Positions 53,622 through 63,170 of a stretch of 64,000 nucleotides of DNA are shown here, in pieces. Position 1 is the stretch's first letter; every line of letters starts with the position of its first letter. Position numbers and translations under genes: made by a program. The notes under the pieces were generated by a model. The model was not told the origin of the DNA and searched no databases. It saw only the letters and a list, made by a program, of their open reading frames with translations. Source of the DNA: Candidatus Omnitrophota bacterium. GTDB taxonomy: Bacteria; Omnitrophota; Gorgyraeia; Duberdicusellales; 4484-171. The stretch covers positions 968,653-1,032,652 of the forward strand of contig CP070684.1 of the NCBI GenBank assembly GCA_020352775.1. Direction: 5' to 3'.

Positions 53622-54812
53622 ATGATAGAAAGTCCTGTCTTAAGCTTAGGCATTATATTCATTCTGGGTTTTTTCTTCTCTCGCCTCATAAAGAAATTAA
53701 AAATCCCCACCATCACCGCTTACATCATATTAGGAATTTTCCTTTCTCCCAACCTCTTTAATCTTATTTCAGAAAACTTTTTTGAATCTTCGGGCTTTTT
53801 CACCAATATTGTTTTGGGTATGATTGCGTTCAGCTTAGGAGAAGGTTTTTCATTAAGGACTTTTAAAGAGGTAGGAAGAGCTGTCACTGGAATTTCAATT
53901 ACCGCCTCTGTAATTCCCTGGATATTTGTAACGCTTGCTTTTTGGTTTATTTTTAAACAGCCATTCTATATCGCGCTGGTTATGGGGGCAATTGCTTCAG
54001 CTACTGATCCGGCTACTACAGTGGCAGTAACCCAGGAATATAAAAGCAAGGGTGAGTTTACTGACACTCTTTTAGGTATTGTCGCTATAGATGATGCCTG
54101 GGCGTTGATAATTTTTGGTCTGTCTTTATCTTTGGCTGGTTCATTTATCAATGGCGGTGCAAATTTAGCCGGAGTATATAAAGATCTCTTAAAGGCCTTT
54201 TTGGAAATTGGAGGTTCAATTCTACTTGGCACAATCATTGCATTATTATTTAATAAGTTCTGTCATTTTATTCATACCACTAAAGACCGCCTGATCTATA
54301 CTTTCGGCTTTTTACTGCTTTGTGCAGGAAGCGCTGTGATCTTTAATCTTTCGGTGATTTTAGCCTGCATGATTTTCGGAGCAGTCTTAGCTAATATAAA
54401 TCGAACCAGTTTTGATTATTTTGATTCTCTAAGAGAAATCGACGCTCCTTTGTATTTGATATTTTTTGTTCTTGCCGGGGCCAGCTTAAAACTTGATATG
54501 TTTATGAAAGTATTAGCTCTAACCGCAGCCTTTATCTTAATGCGCTCTATCGGCAAAACCTCCGGTGCTTTTGTGGGGGCCAGAATGGTAGGCGCATCAA
54601 CAGCCATAAAAAAATATATGGGCCTGGCTTTACTTCCTCAGGCAGGGGTGGCGTTGGGCTGCGCTTTAGTTGCTAAGCATACCATTGGAGGAGTGTGGGG
54701 AGATTTAGTATTGAGCGTTGCAATCGCTGCTACGGTAATTTTTGAGTTAGCTGGACCTTGGGTTACAAAACTTTCTCTGGTTAGGGCCGGTGATATAGGG
54801 ATAGAGGAGTAA
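53622..54812 (+). CDS. Cation:proton antiporter (CPA2 / Kef-type Na_H_Exchanger family)
   Basis: It has about 12 TM helices and the conserved SATDPA and IDDAWA motifs. Confidence 0.8.
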   Translation: MIESPVLSLGIIFILGFFFSRLIKKLKIPTITAYIILGIFLSPNLFNLISENFFESSGFFTNIVLGMIAFSLGEGFSLRTFKEVGRAVTGISITASVIPWIFVTLAFWFIFKQPFYIALVMGAIASATDPATTVAVTQEYKSKGEFTDTLLGIVAIDDAWALIIFGLSLSLAGSFINGGANLAGVYKDLLKAFLEIGGSILLGTIIALLFNKFCHFIHTTKDRLIYTFGFLLLCAGSAVIFNLSVILACMIFGAVLANINRTSFDYFDSLREIDAPLYLIFFVLAGASLKLDMFMKVLALTAAFILMRSIGKTSGAFVGARMVGASTAIKKYMGLALLPQAGVALGCALVAKHTIGGVWGDLVLSVAIAATVIFELAGPWVTKLSLVRAGDIGIEE

Positions 54813-54848
54813 TTTTCTAAAACTTAATATCTTGTATTTAAAGAGATT

Positions 54849-55382
54849 ATGAATATATTTGATGCTATACGAAAAAGAAGAAGCATAAGGTCTTATCAAG
54901 ATAAGGCGGTGACAGATGAGCTCTTAACCAAGATCTTAGAGGCTGGTCGTCAAGCTCCTTCGGCATCAAACAGGCAGGAGTGGCGTTTTGTGGTGGTGCG
55001 GAATAAAAAAATCAGAGAGGCTTTATGTAAGGCGGCAAAAAATCAACCCTTTGTAAAAGAAGCGCCAGTAATAATTGCCTGTTGCGCCAAGACTGATAAT
55101 CATGTAATGACTTGCGGGCAGCCCTGTTATCCCATTGATGTTGCGGCTGCAATTGATCATATGACTTTGGCAGCAGTGGAGTTGGGGTTAGGAACATGTT
55201 GGATTGGAGCATTTCATGAAGATGAAGTTAAGAATATCTTAAGTGTTCCTGATGATATCCGGGTTGTAGAACTGCTTGCGTTGGGCTATCCTGTTAGTGA
55301 GTCCACCTCCTTTAAAGAGAGACTGCCCTTAGAAGACATTGTATTTTTTGAAAAATGGGGCAGCTCATACCATTCTAAGTAA
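54849..55382 (+). CDS. Nitroreductase-family protein
   Basis: RRSIRSY...APSASNRQEWRFVVV and TCWIGAF motifs are present. Confidence 0.85.
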   Translation: MNIFDAIRKRRSIRSYQDKAVTDELLTKILEAGRQAPSASNRQEWRFVVVRNKKIREALCKAAKNQPFVKEAPVIIACCAKTDNHVMTCGQPCYPIDVAAAIDHMTLAAVELGLGTCWIGAFHEDEVKNILSVPDDIRVVELLALGYPVSESTSFKERLPLEDIVFFEKWGSSYHSK

Positions 55383-55408
55383 TTTAAGTTAACCACATCA
55401 CATATTTG

Positions 55409-55437
55409 TTGGATTTTCCTAGAGGGGGTGGTATAAT
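55409..55437 (+). promoter_or_regulatory. Extended -10 sigma70 promoter upstream of mgtE
   Basis: TTGGAT (55409-55414), a 17-nt spacer ending in TGG, then TATAAT (55432-55437). Confidence 0.5.
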
Positions 55438-55509
55438 CGTAAATGTAATAGGGAAAAGGAGATTTTAGTTTAGGGAAGGAGTTTCTGCACCCCTTTAGAA
55501 GGAAATTTT

Positions 55510-56856
55510 ATGCAAACCAAAGTATTAGTAAAAAACATTGGGAAATTGGTCCAGGAGCGAAAATATCCGGAAATAAAAAACTTACTTCCGCCACACCCTG
55601 AAGATATTGCCAATCTTATCAGCGAGCTCCCTTTAGCTGCCCACAAACTGCTTGTATTCAGATTGGTTCCCCACGATAAAGCAGTAGATGTATTTGAGTA
55701 CCTTCCTCATGAGGATGAAGAACAGATTCTGGATTCTTTATCTAGTCAAGAGATAAAAGATATTTTAAACGAGATGTCTGATGATGACCGTACGGAATTG
55801 TTTGACGATATGCCGGCAGAGTTGGTAAAGAGATTCATTAATATGCTTTCACCCCAAGAGCGGGCAATCGCAATAGAAATCCTTAATTATCCTGCAGATT
55901 CGGTGGGTAGACTTATTACGCCTGATTTTGTCCAACTCTATGAGACAATGACGGTGGCTGAGGCTCTTACTCACATAAGAAATGTGGGAATTAAAAAAGA
56001 GACGGTCTATCATTGTTATGTGCTAGATAGCACAAAGAAACTCATTGGTATTGTTTCCTTAAAGAAGATCGTTTTAGCTAACCTTCAGACAAAAATATCA
56101 GAAATCATGCTTCGGGAGGTAATAAAAGCCAATGCTTATACAGATAAGGAAGAAGCAGCGAGCATGTTTAAGCGCTATGATTTAATAGCTTTACCGGTTG
56201 TAGATAACAACGATAAACTTTTAGGAATTGTTACTTTTGATGATTTGGTAGACGTTATAGAGGAAGAGGCTACTGAAGACTTTGAGCGTGTTGCAGCGGT
56301 TTTGCCGGTGGAAAAACCTTACATGGAGGCTAATTTCTTTGAGCTTCTCTGGAAGCGTAGTTTTTGGCTTATATTGTTAGTGATTTTAGAGTCAGCATCA
56401 AGCTTGGTGATGCAGAATTATGGAACTGTAATTCATAGCTGGGTGCCGTTAACTTTTTTTCTTCCGATACTCGTGGCTACCGGAGGTAATGCCGGGATGC
56501 AGTCAGCGATGATGATTATCAGAGGATTAGCAACAGGCGATATCGCAGTAAAGGACTTTTTTAAGGTTGTTTTTAAGGAGTCGCTTTTAGGCCTTTCGCT
56601 CGGAGTGATTCTTGCGATTGTGGGGTTACTGCGAGTGGTTTTGCAGCAGAACAATTGGTTGCTGAGCATATCAGTAGGGGTGGCAATGGGTGCCACAGTT
56701 TTACTTTCCGCAATCATTGGCGCAACACTGCCGATCGTATTTAGAAAAGTAAAGCTAGACCCGGCTCTTATGAGCGGCCCTTTAATCACTACTATTGTTG
56801 ATGTAGTGGGGATATTGATTTATTTTGAAATCGCTACTCTTATTCTGAAGGTATGA
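55510..56856 (+). CDS. mgtE: Magnesium transporter MgtE
   Basis: It has an MgtE N-domain, two CBS repeats and a TM domain with ATGGNAGMQS and PLITTIVDVVG. Confidence 0.92.
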   Translation: MQTKVLVKNIGKLVQERKYPEIKNLLPPHPEDIANLISELPLAAHKLLVFRLVPHDKAVDVFEYLPHEDEEQILDSLSSQEIKDILNEMSDDDRTELFDDMPAELVKRFINMLSPQERAIAIEILNYPADSVGRLITPDFVQLYETMTVAEALTHIRNVGIKKETVYHCYVLDSTKKLIGIVSLKKIVLANLQTKISEIMLREVIKANAYTDKEEAASMFKRYDLIALPVVDNNDKLLGIVTFDDLVDVIEEEATEDFERVAAVLPVEKPYMEANFFELLWKRSFWLILLVILESASSLVMQNYGTVIHSWVPLTFFLPILVATGGNAGMQSAMMIIRGLATGDIAVKDFFKVVFKESLLGLSLGVILAIVGLLRVVLQQNNWLLSISVGVAMGATVLLSAIIGATLPIVFRKVKLDPALMSGPLITTIVDVVGILIYFEIATLILKV

Positions 56857-57899
56857 GAAAACATTCAATTTATATTCTACTTATTTTTGTAATCGGTTGC
56901 GCGGGAGTTCCCACAAGGAGAGTTAGTATGAGGGCTAGTGCCCGCTACTGTCCTACCTCAGCTCTTATTGAGGTGAATGAGCTTTGCAAAAAACATGACA
57001 TGCGTTATGGGTTTGATACCCTGGATGATGTAGTAAGGATTTTTTCATCAGAAAAAGAGATGCGGCTGCTTTTAAATTCTTGTGTAGGGTATTTTGATGG
57101 AGGAATAATTTATCTAAAAAGAGCACCTATCTATTCTGAAGGAAAAATATTTATTCCCGCTGAGATTGAAAAGATTATCACTTCCGGCTTGAGAGTGCCT
57201 TTTAAGCCGCCTTTTACGATTAGAACAATTGTGGTTGATCCCGGGCACGGAGGGAAAGACCCGGGAGCGATTTCGCCCTCGGGTTTGAGAGAGAAGGACA
57301 TAAACCTAAAGGTTGCGAAGTATTTGGAAGCTGAATTAAAGAAAAGAGGATTTAGGGTGATTCTTACGCGAAGCCGGGATGCATTTCTTACACTAGAGGA
57401 GCGCGTAAACGTAGCAAAAAAATATAAGGCTGATCTTTTTGTGAGTGTTCACGCCAATTCCAATCGTACTAAATACGTAAGTGGAATTGAGGTCTATTAT
57501 CTTTCTCCTTCTCGCTTGAACAGCAAGGAAAGGGCTATTAAGTTGGCTAAAATGGGTAGTGTCTGGCCCAAAAATATTCCTTTCAGTGCCAGAGCAATTC
57601 TTTGGGATATGCTTCTTACAAAAAATTATGCCATTTCGGTGGAATTTTCTCACGCTTTATATTCCACTTTTAAGAATTTGGGGTTTAAGGTAAAGGTGCC
57701 GTTAAAAGGCCCTTATTTTGTATTGAGATCCGCTTATGTTCCTTCGGTGTTGGTGGAGATCGGGTATTTAAGTAACAAATACGAAGAGAAAATCTTAAAA
57801 CGTACGTATTATCAGAAAAATATTGCAGAGTCCATTGCTTTAGGCATTGTTTCACTTAATAAAACATATACACGTCTTGCGAGGGCAGATGCGCGCTAG
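56853..57899 (+). CDS. N-acetylmuramoyl-L-alanine amidase lipoprotein (Amidase_3, AmiC-like)
   Basis: It has the lipobox VIGC, plus VVDPGHGGKDPGA, SVHANS and the catalytic E in VLVEIGYLSN. Confidence 0.85.
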   Translation: MRKHSIYILLIFVIGCAGVPTRRVSMRASARYCPTSALIEVNELCKKHDMRYGFDTLDDVVRIFSSEKEMRLLLNSCVGYFDGGIIYLKRAPIYSEGKIFIPAEIEKIITSGLRVPFKPPFTIRTIVVDPGHGGKDPGAISPSGLREKDINLKVAKYLEAELKKRGFRVILTRSRDAFLTLEERVNVAKKYKADLFVSVHANSNRTKYVSGIEVYYLSPSRLNSKERAIKLAKMGSVWPKNIPFSARAILWDMLLTKNYAISVEFSHALYSTFKNLGFKVKVPLKGPYFVLRSAYVPSVLVEIGYLSNKYEEKILKRTYYQKNIAESIALGIVSLNKTYTRLARADAR

Positions 57900-58683
57900 T
57901 CCCATTGGAGTTTTTGATTCCGGAGTAGGTGGCCTTACGGTATTAAGAGAAATTGAGAAGGTTTTGCCTTACGAGAATATTATTTATTTAGGTGATACTG
58001 CCAGAGTCCCCTACGGCAATAAATCCAAGCCTACCATTATAAAGTTTAGCATTGAAAACATTTTGTTTCTTTTGAAAAAAAGAGTAAAAATGGTGGTCAT
58101 TGCCTGTAACACTGCTTCTGCTCTTGCACTTAACTCCGTCAAAAAAGTCTTTCCGGTTCCAATTTTGGGAGTAGTAGAGGCCGGAGCAAAGAAAGCGTTG
58201 AAGCTATCGCAATCGAAAAGAATCGGGGTAATTGGGACACACTCCACAATCGCAAGTAAAAGCTATGAGCGTATGCTCTTACAAAACAAAAAGTCCGTCC
58301 GTGTATATACGCAGGCTTGCCCTTTATTTGTTCCTTTGGTAGAGGAGGGGATTTTAAATGGTAGTATTGTTCAGGAGTCGATGCGGATGTATTTAAAAAA
58401 GTTAAAGGTAAAAGGAATCGATACCATCATTTTAGGTTGCACCCATTACCCGCTTCTTAAAAAAGGGATTGCGCGTTTTCTCAAAGAAGTGCATATTGTT
58501 GATTCAGCAGAGGAAGTAGCCAATGAGGTGCGCGCGGTGCTTCTTGGCCAAGGGCTTCTTAACGCAGGCAGTAAAAAAGGAAAGAAAGAGTTTTATGTGA
58601 CTGATGAGCCCAAAGGTTTTAGTAAATTGGCAAAACTATTTTTAAAACGCAATATAACTTGCTCTAAGATATCCAATGTTTAA
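57889..58683 (+). CDS. murI: Glutamate racemase
   Basis: IGVFDSGVGGLTV, ACNTAS and GCTHYP motifs are present. I chose the ATG at 57889 (MRASPIG). Confidence 0.9.
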   Translation: MRASPIGVFDSGVGGLTVLREIEKVLPYENIIYLGDTARVPYGNKSKPTIIKFSIENILFLLKKRVKMVVIACNTASALALNSVKKVFPVPILGVVEAGAKKALKLSQSKRIGVIGTHSTIASKSYERMLLQNKKSVRVYTQACPLFVPLVEEGILNGSIVQESMRMYLKKLKVKGIDTIILGCTHYPLLKKGIARFLKEVHIVDSAEEVANEVRAVLLGQGLLNAGSKKGKKEFYVTDEPKGFSKLAKLFLKRNITCSKISNV

Positions 58684-59047
58684 GATTAAAATAATTTCTT
58701 ATTTTAGCGGAGCGCACAATTTAAAAAACTATAAAGGAAAGTGTGAATCTCTACACGGGCACAACTGGAAAGTAGAGGTGGTAGTTAAATCCAGTAAGCT
58801 TGATAAGGCAGGGATGGTTATGGATTTTAGCAATCTTAAAAAAATCACCAATGATGTTTTAAATGATCTTGATCATCACTATCTTAATGAGATCGAGTAT
58901 TTTAAGAGTCACAATCCCAGTTCCGAAGAGCTGGCACGCTATATATTTGAGAAGCTAAAGGAGCCCCTAGCGCAGAGAAGCTGTGTTCTGGAAGAAGTAA
59001 GGGTGTGGGAAACGGAATCTTCTTGCGCGACATATCGCCAAGATTAA
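58676..59047 (+). CDS. queD: 6-carboxy-5,6,7,8-tetrahydropterin synthase
   Basis: CESLHGHNWKVEV and DHHYLNE motifs are present. It is 123 aa. Confidence 0.88.
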   Translation: MFKIKIISYFSGAHNLKNYKGKCESLHGHNWKVEVVVKSSKLDKAGMVMDFSNLKKITNDVLNDLDHHYLNEIEYFKSHNPSSEELARYIFEKLKEPLAQRSCVLEEVRVWETESSCATYRQD

Positions 59048-59066
59048 TATTTAAGTTTTTATTTTA

Positions 59067-59804
59067 ATGGATAAAAGACCACAAAGATATCGTCACGATA
59101 AAGAAAAGGGTGTAATCCTTTTATCGGGCGGAATTGATTCGGCCACGACCTTTTACTTTGCCAAAAAATACGGCTATCGGCTTTTTGCATTGATTTTTGA
59201 TTACCAGCAGAGACACAAAAAAGAAATTGAATGCGCAAAAAGAATCGCCTACATGAATAAAGCTCTTTATCATATTGTACGAACTGATTTTCCCTGGACA
59301 AAATCAAGTCTTACCCAGAGAGATATCAAGGTCCCCTTAAACAGAGATTTACATAAAAAAGAAATACCTTTAACATATGTGGCAGGAAGAAATATTATCT
59401 TTTTAAGTTATGCCTTTTCTTTGGCTGAAAGTGTCGCTGCAAAAAAGATTTTTATCGGGGCACACACCCTGGATTATTCAGGGTATCCGGATTGCCGCCC
59501 TGATTTTTTCCAGCTTTTTCAAAGTGCTGCGAATGCCGGCCTTAAATATAAGGGGATTGAAATCATCGTGCCCTTAATCAATAAAAATAAAAAGGAGATA
59601 ATAAAGATGGGGCTGGACTTAGGTGTTCCTTTTGAATACACCTGGTCTTGCTATCAAGGAGGAAGATTTCCTTGCCAGAAGTGTGACAGCTGTCGATTTC
59701 GCATGCAGGCATTTAGAGAATTAAGAATGTATGATCCGCTCCTTAAAAAGAGAGAGTATAAAAAAAGCTCCCCTCAGGAAACTAAAAGTAAAGATGCAGG
59801 CTAA
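59067..59804 (+). CDS. queC: 7-cyano-7-deazaguanine synthase
   Basis: The SGGIDSAT PP-loop and the C-terminal zinc Cys cluster CYQG...CQKCDSC are present. Confidence 0.9.
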   Translation: MDKRPQRYRHDKEKGVILLSGGIDSATTFYFAKKYGYRLFALIFDYQQRHKKEIECAKRIAYMNKALYHIVRTDFPWTKSSLTQRDIKVPLNRDLHKKEIPLTYVAGRNIIFLSYAFSLAESVAAKKIFIGAHTLDYSGYPDCRPDFFQLFQSAANAGLKYKGIEIIVPLINKNKKEIIKMGLDLGVPFEYTWSCYQGGRFPCQKCDSCRFRMQAFRELRMYDPLLKKREYKKSSPQETKSKDAG

Positions 59805-60459
59805 AATATCAGAAATCTTTAAAAGCGTTCAAGGAGAGGGCATTTATCAGGGTATCCCACAGGTATTTGTGCGCTTTTTTGGTTGCAATTTAGAATGTGC
59901 ATTTTGTGATACCCCTCTTGATTCTTTTAAAGAGATGAACATTCAGGAAGTATCGGAACAAATTTATTCCTACGAGGATTATCATTCCATAACATTTACC
60001 GGGGGAGAGCCACTCTTACAAGTAGACTTCTTGACTGAATTAACAAAAGAATTAAAAATAAAAGGTAAAGAGCTTCATTTAGAGACCAACGGAACTTTGC
60101 ATGAAAATTTAGAAAAGGTCATTGAATATCTGGATGTTATTGCTATGGATTTTAAATTGCCTTCTTCGACTAACTCGAAAGCTTATTGGAATGAACATGG
60201 ACAGTTTTTAAGAATTGCGCGCCAAAGAAAAGTTTTTATAAAAGCTGTGATTGGGAAAGATACGGATATTTATGATATACACAAGTCGGTTATACTTATC
60301 AAAAGATTTGATCCTACGCTCAACCTTATTTTGCAGCCCCAGAATCCTTTTGAAAGGGAGTTGGAAGAGAAGATGTGTCTTTTTAAGCAGATATGCAGAA
60401 ATGCTAACATTAATGCTAGAATCATTCCTCAAGCACACAAGGTACTAGGGGTAAAATGA
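59794..60459 (+). CDS. queE: 7-carboxy-7-deazaguanine synthase (radical SAM)
   Basis: It begins at the ATG at 59794 with EIFKSVQGEGIYQG, followed by CNLECAFCDT. Confidence 0.88.
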   Translation: MQAKISEIFKSVQGEGIYQGIPQVFVRFFGCNLECAFCDTPLDSFKEMNIQEVSEQIYSYEDYHSITFTGGEPLLQVDFLTELTKELKIKGKELHLETNGTLHENLEKVIEYLDVIAMDFKLPSSTNSKAYWNEHGQFLRIARQRKVFIKAVIGKDTDIYDIHKSVILIKRFDPTLNLILQPQNPFERELEEKMCLFKQICRNANINARIIPQAHKVLGVK

Positions 60460-61286
60460 CAAATTTAAGATTAAAAAAAGAGATGGAAGAGTTGGTGGCA
60501 AAGGCAAGTTTTTGTCTGCGTGCAGACTTGTACCTTCTTTTAAAGAAAGCTTTGGCTAAAGAAACTAAACCCAATGCCAGGAAAGCATTGCGCTGTATTT
60601 TAGAAAATGCTCGTATTGCAAATAAAGAAAATTTAGCAATCTGTCAGGATACCGGTCTTCCAGTTCTTTTTATTGAAGCCGGTAAAGATGTTAAGCTTTC
60701 GTCTCAATTTATAAAAATACTCCAAGAAGGTGTGATGAGTGGTTACAAAAAACATTCATTGCGGGCATCAATGGTTGATCCGATATTGCGCAAAGCCCCT
60801 TCTTATAAGGGAGTTATTTCTCACGTAGAGTTCTTAGAGCAGGCCAAAGGGATTAAGATTACTCTTTTTCCTAAAGGATTTGGCAGCGAGAATAAGTCGC
60901 AGCTTAAAATGTTTAACCCCACTGCTTCAGTTGAGGAAATTGAGGGGTTTATTGTTGAAAGCGTAAAGAACGCAGGGCCGGAAGGATGTCCGCCTTTTGT
61001 GGTAGGAGTTGGTATTGGAGGGACTGCGGATAAAGCATTGTTGCTTGCAAAAAAGAGTTTGATAGATAGAGTTGATAAATCTAACCCTGATAGAAATCTT
61101 AAAAAGTTAGAACAGAGCTTGTTTAAAAAGATAAATAATTTAAGAATTGGTCCCATGGGTTTTGGAGGAAAGACCACTGTTTTGGCAGTAAAAGTAAAAA
61201 CTGCTCCTACCCATATTGCGGGGTTGCCGGTAGGAGTAAATATTAGTTGTCACGCCCTTCGGAGTGCAGCAATCACTTTTAAATAA
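60456..61286 (+). CDS. Class I fumarate hydratase, alpha subunit (Fe-S hydro-lyase, tartrate/fumarate type)
   Basis: ICQDTGLPV and GVGIGGT motifs are present. It is paired with the beta subunit downstream. Confidence 0.85.
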   Translation: MTNLRLKKEMEELVAKASFCLRADLYLLLKKALAKETKPNARKALRCILENARIANKENLAICQDTGLPVLFIEAGKDVKLSSQFIKILQEGVMSGYKKHSLRASMVDPILRKAPSYKGVISHVEFLEQAKGIKITLFPKGFGSENKSQLKMFNPTASVEEIEGFIVESVKNAGPEGCPPFVVGVGIGGTADKALLLAKKSLIDRVDKSNPDRNLKKLEQSLFKKINNLRIGPMGFGGKTTVLAVKVKTAPTHIAGLPVGVNISCHALRSAAITFK

Positions 61287-61805
61287 ATGAAAAAGATAAA
61301 GACACCAATTGCTAAAAAAGATATCTTTAATTTAAGAGTCGGCGATGAAGTATTGCTTAGTGGAACAATCTATACTGCGCGGGACCAGGTGCATAAGAAA
61401 TTAGTAGAGGCTATAAAAAAGGGCAAGAAAGTTCCGTTAGCAATAAAAGATCAAATCATCTACTACTGCGGGCCGAGTGCAACTCCAAAAGGTAAAGTCA
61501 TTGGTTCCTGTGGACCGACCACTTCAAGCCGTATGGATGAGTTAACAGAGCCTTTGCTTAAAAAGGGTCTTTTGGCAATGATTGGAAAGGGCAGGAGAAG
61601 CAAAAAAGTTAAAAATTTAATCAAAAAATATAAAGCAATTTATTTTCTTGCTCCCAGTGGATGCGGAGCTCTTCTGGCTGAGAAAGTGATGTTTAAAAAA
61701 CTAGTGGGATTTAAAGAATTGGGGTCGGAAGCGATATACCGATTAGAAGTGAAAGATTTTCCTCTGATTGTAGGAATAGATTCAAAAGGAAGAAGCATTT
61801 ACTAA
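61287..61805 (+). CDS. Class I fumarate hydratase, beta subunit
   Basis: TARDQVHKKL and GPTTSSRMD motifs are present. It is 172 aa. Confidence 0.85.
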   Translation: MKKIKTPIAKKDIFNLRVGDEVLLSGTIYTARDQVHKKLVEAIKKGKKVPLAIKDQIIYYCGPSATPKGKVIGSCGPTTSSRMDELTEPLLKKGLLAMIGKGRRSKKVKNLIKKYKAIYFLAPSGCGALLAEKVMFKKLVGFKELGSEAIYRLEVKDFPLIVGIDSKGRSIY

Positions 61806-61824
61806 AGGTTTAAGGAGGAATGTA

Positions 61825-62547
61825 ATGAAGCGTGTCGATGGAAGAAAAGATGACCAACTGCGCCCGATAAAGATTGAGCGTGGCTTTATGCGTAACGCTG
61901 AAGGATCTTGTCTTATTGAGGTAGGAAATACAAAAGTTATCTGTACTGCGACCGTAGATAAGAACGTTCCTCTTTTTTTACGTGGTTCAGGTAGCGGTTG
62001 GGTGACGGCAGAATACGGGATGTTGCCTCGCTCCACTCAGAACCGGATTTTAAGGGATAAGATATCAGGTCGAAGCATGGAGATACAACGACTTATCGGC
62101 CGCTCCCTGCGTAGCGTGGTTAGGCTTGATAAGTTGGGGGAGAGGACAATATGGATTGATTGTGATGTGATTCAGGCTGATGGAGGAACGCGCACAGCAT
62201 CAATTGTGGGAGGGTTTGTAGCGTTAGTTGATTGCATTAACGGTTTACATAAAGCACAGGAGATCGAGAGTGTTTGTGTTACGGATTTACTGGGAGCAAT
62301 AAGCGTGGGGATGCGTCAGCAAAAAACTTTACTTGATTTAACTTTCGAAGAGGATTCAATGGCAGATGTTGATATGAATGTGGTGATGAAGACATCTGGA
62401 GAATTCATAGAGGTGCAGGGAACAGGAGAAAGAAAAGCATTTTCTCAAGATGATTTAAGTTCGCTCCTTGCTTTAGCCAGGAAGGGAATAGAAGAAATCT
62501 TTGACATTGAGCGCAATCTCTTTAAGGATGTCCTTCCTAACCTATGA
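61825..62547 (+). CDS. rph: Ribonuclease PH
   Basis: RVDGRKDDQLRP, AEGSCLIEVGNTKV and WVTAEYGMLPRST are typical of RNase PH. Confidence 0.92.
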   Translation: MKRVDGRKDDQLRPIKIERGFMRNAEGSCLIEVGNTKVICTATVDKNVPLFLRGSGSGWVTAEYGMLPRSTQNRILRDKISGRSMEIQRLIGRSLRSVVRLDKLGERTIWIDCDVIQADGGTRTASIVGGFVALVDCINGLHKAQEIESVCVTDLLGAISVGMRQQKTLLDLTFEEDSMADVDMNVVMKTSGEFIEVQGTGERKAFSQDDLSSLLALARKGIEEIFDIERNLFKDVLPNL

Positions 62548-63137
62548 GATTAATCATTGCTACCAGAAATAAAGGAAAGCTACGGGAGATAAAGCATATT
62601 TTAGGTGGTCTTAATCTTTCGATTATTTCTTTGAATCAACTTAAAAAACCCATCCGTATAAAAGAAGACGGCCATACTTTTTTAGAGAATGCACTTAAGA
62701 AAGCATTGCCTGTTTCGCGCATGTATCCTTTAGATTTAACAGTAGGGGAAGATTCAGGACTGGAAGTAGAATGTCTAAATGGAGCGCCCGGTATTTTGTC
62801 TAAACGATATTGTGGCAGGGGCGCTACTGATTTAAAGAACAATTCAAAGCTTCTTAAGAAGCTAGGAGGTCTAAAAGGAAAGGAAAGAAAAGCCTGTTTT
62901 CGTTGTGTACTTAGTTTAGTAAAAGCAGGCAAGCTCCTTAAGGCGTTTGAAGGTAGATTAAAAGGGGTTATCAGCAAAGAAATGAAAGGCAAAGGTGGAT
63001 TTGGTTATGATCCGGTGTTTTATTTACCGTCTTATAAGAAAACCGTAGCCCAATTATCTTTATCTCAGAAGAACAAGATAAGTCACCGCGCCAGAGCATT
63101 TAAAAAGTTACATAATTACCTTGCAAAATTAGTTTGA
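62544..63137 (+). CDS. rdgB: Non-canonical purine NTP pyrophosphatase (RdgB/HAM1)
   Basis: IATRNKGKLREI, GEDSGLEV, GFGYDPVF and ISHRARAF motifs are present. Confidence 0.9.
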   Translation: MRLIIATRNKGKLREIKHILGGLNLSIISLNQLKKPIRIKEDGHTFLENALKKALPVSRMYPLDLTVGEDSGLEVECLNGAPGILSKRYCGRGATDLKNNSKLLKKLGGLKGKERKACFRCVLSLVKAGKLLKAFEGRLKGVISKEMKGKGGFGYDPVFYLPSYKKTVAQLSLSQKNKISHRARAFKKLHNYLAKLV

Positions 63138-63162
63138 CAACCTCTCTAATATCTATTATCTT
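63134..63162 (+). promoter_or_regulatory. Candidate promoter for the small basic peptide and cysE
   Basis: TTGACA (63134-63139), a 17-nt spacer, then TATCTT (63157-63162). It overlaps the rdgB stop codon. Confidence 0.35.
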
Positions 63163-63170
63163 AGATAATT

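Noticed and set aside
55383-55509. A possible M-box (Mg2+) riboswitch upstream of mgtE.
   Set aside because: After the extended -10 promoter only about 65 nt of leader remains, far shorter than an M-box. I saw two AGGGAA(A)AGGAG repeats but no M-box consensus.
58600-59070. A possible preQ1 riboswitch upstream of queD or queC.
   Set aside because: queD overlaps murI, and the queD-queC gap is only 19 nt. There is no room for an aptamer.
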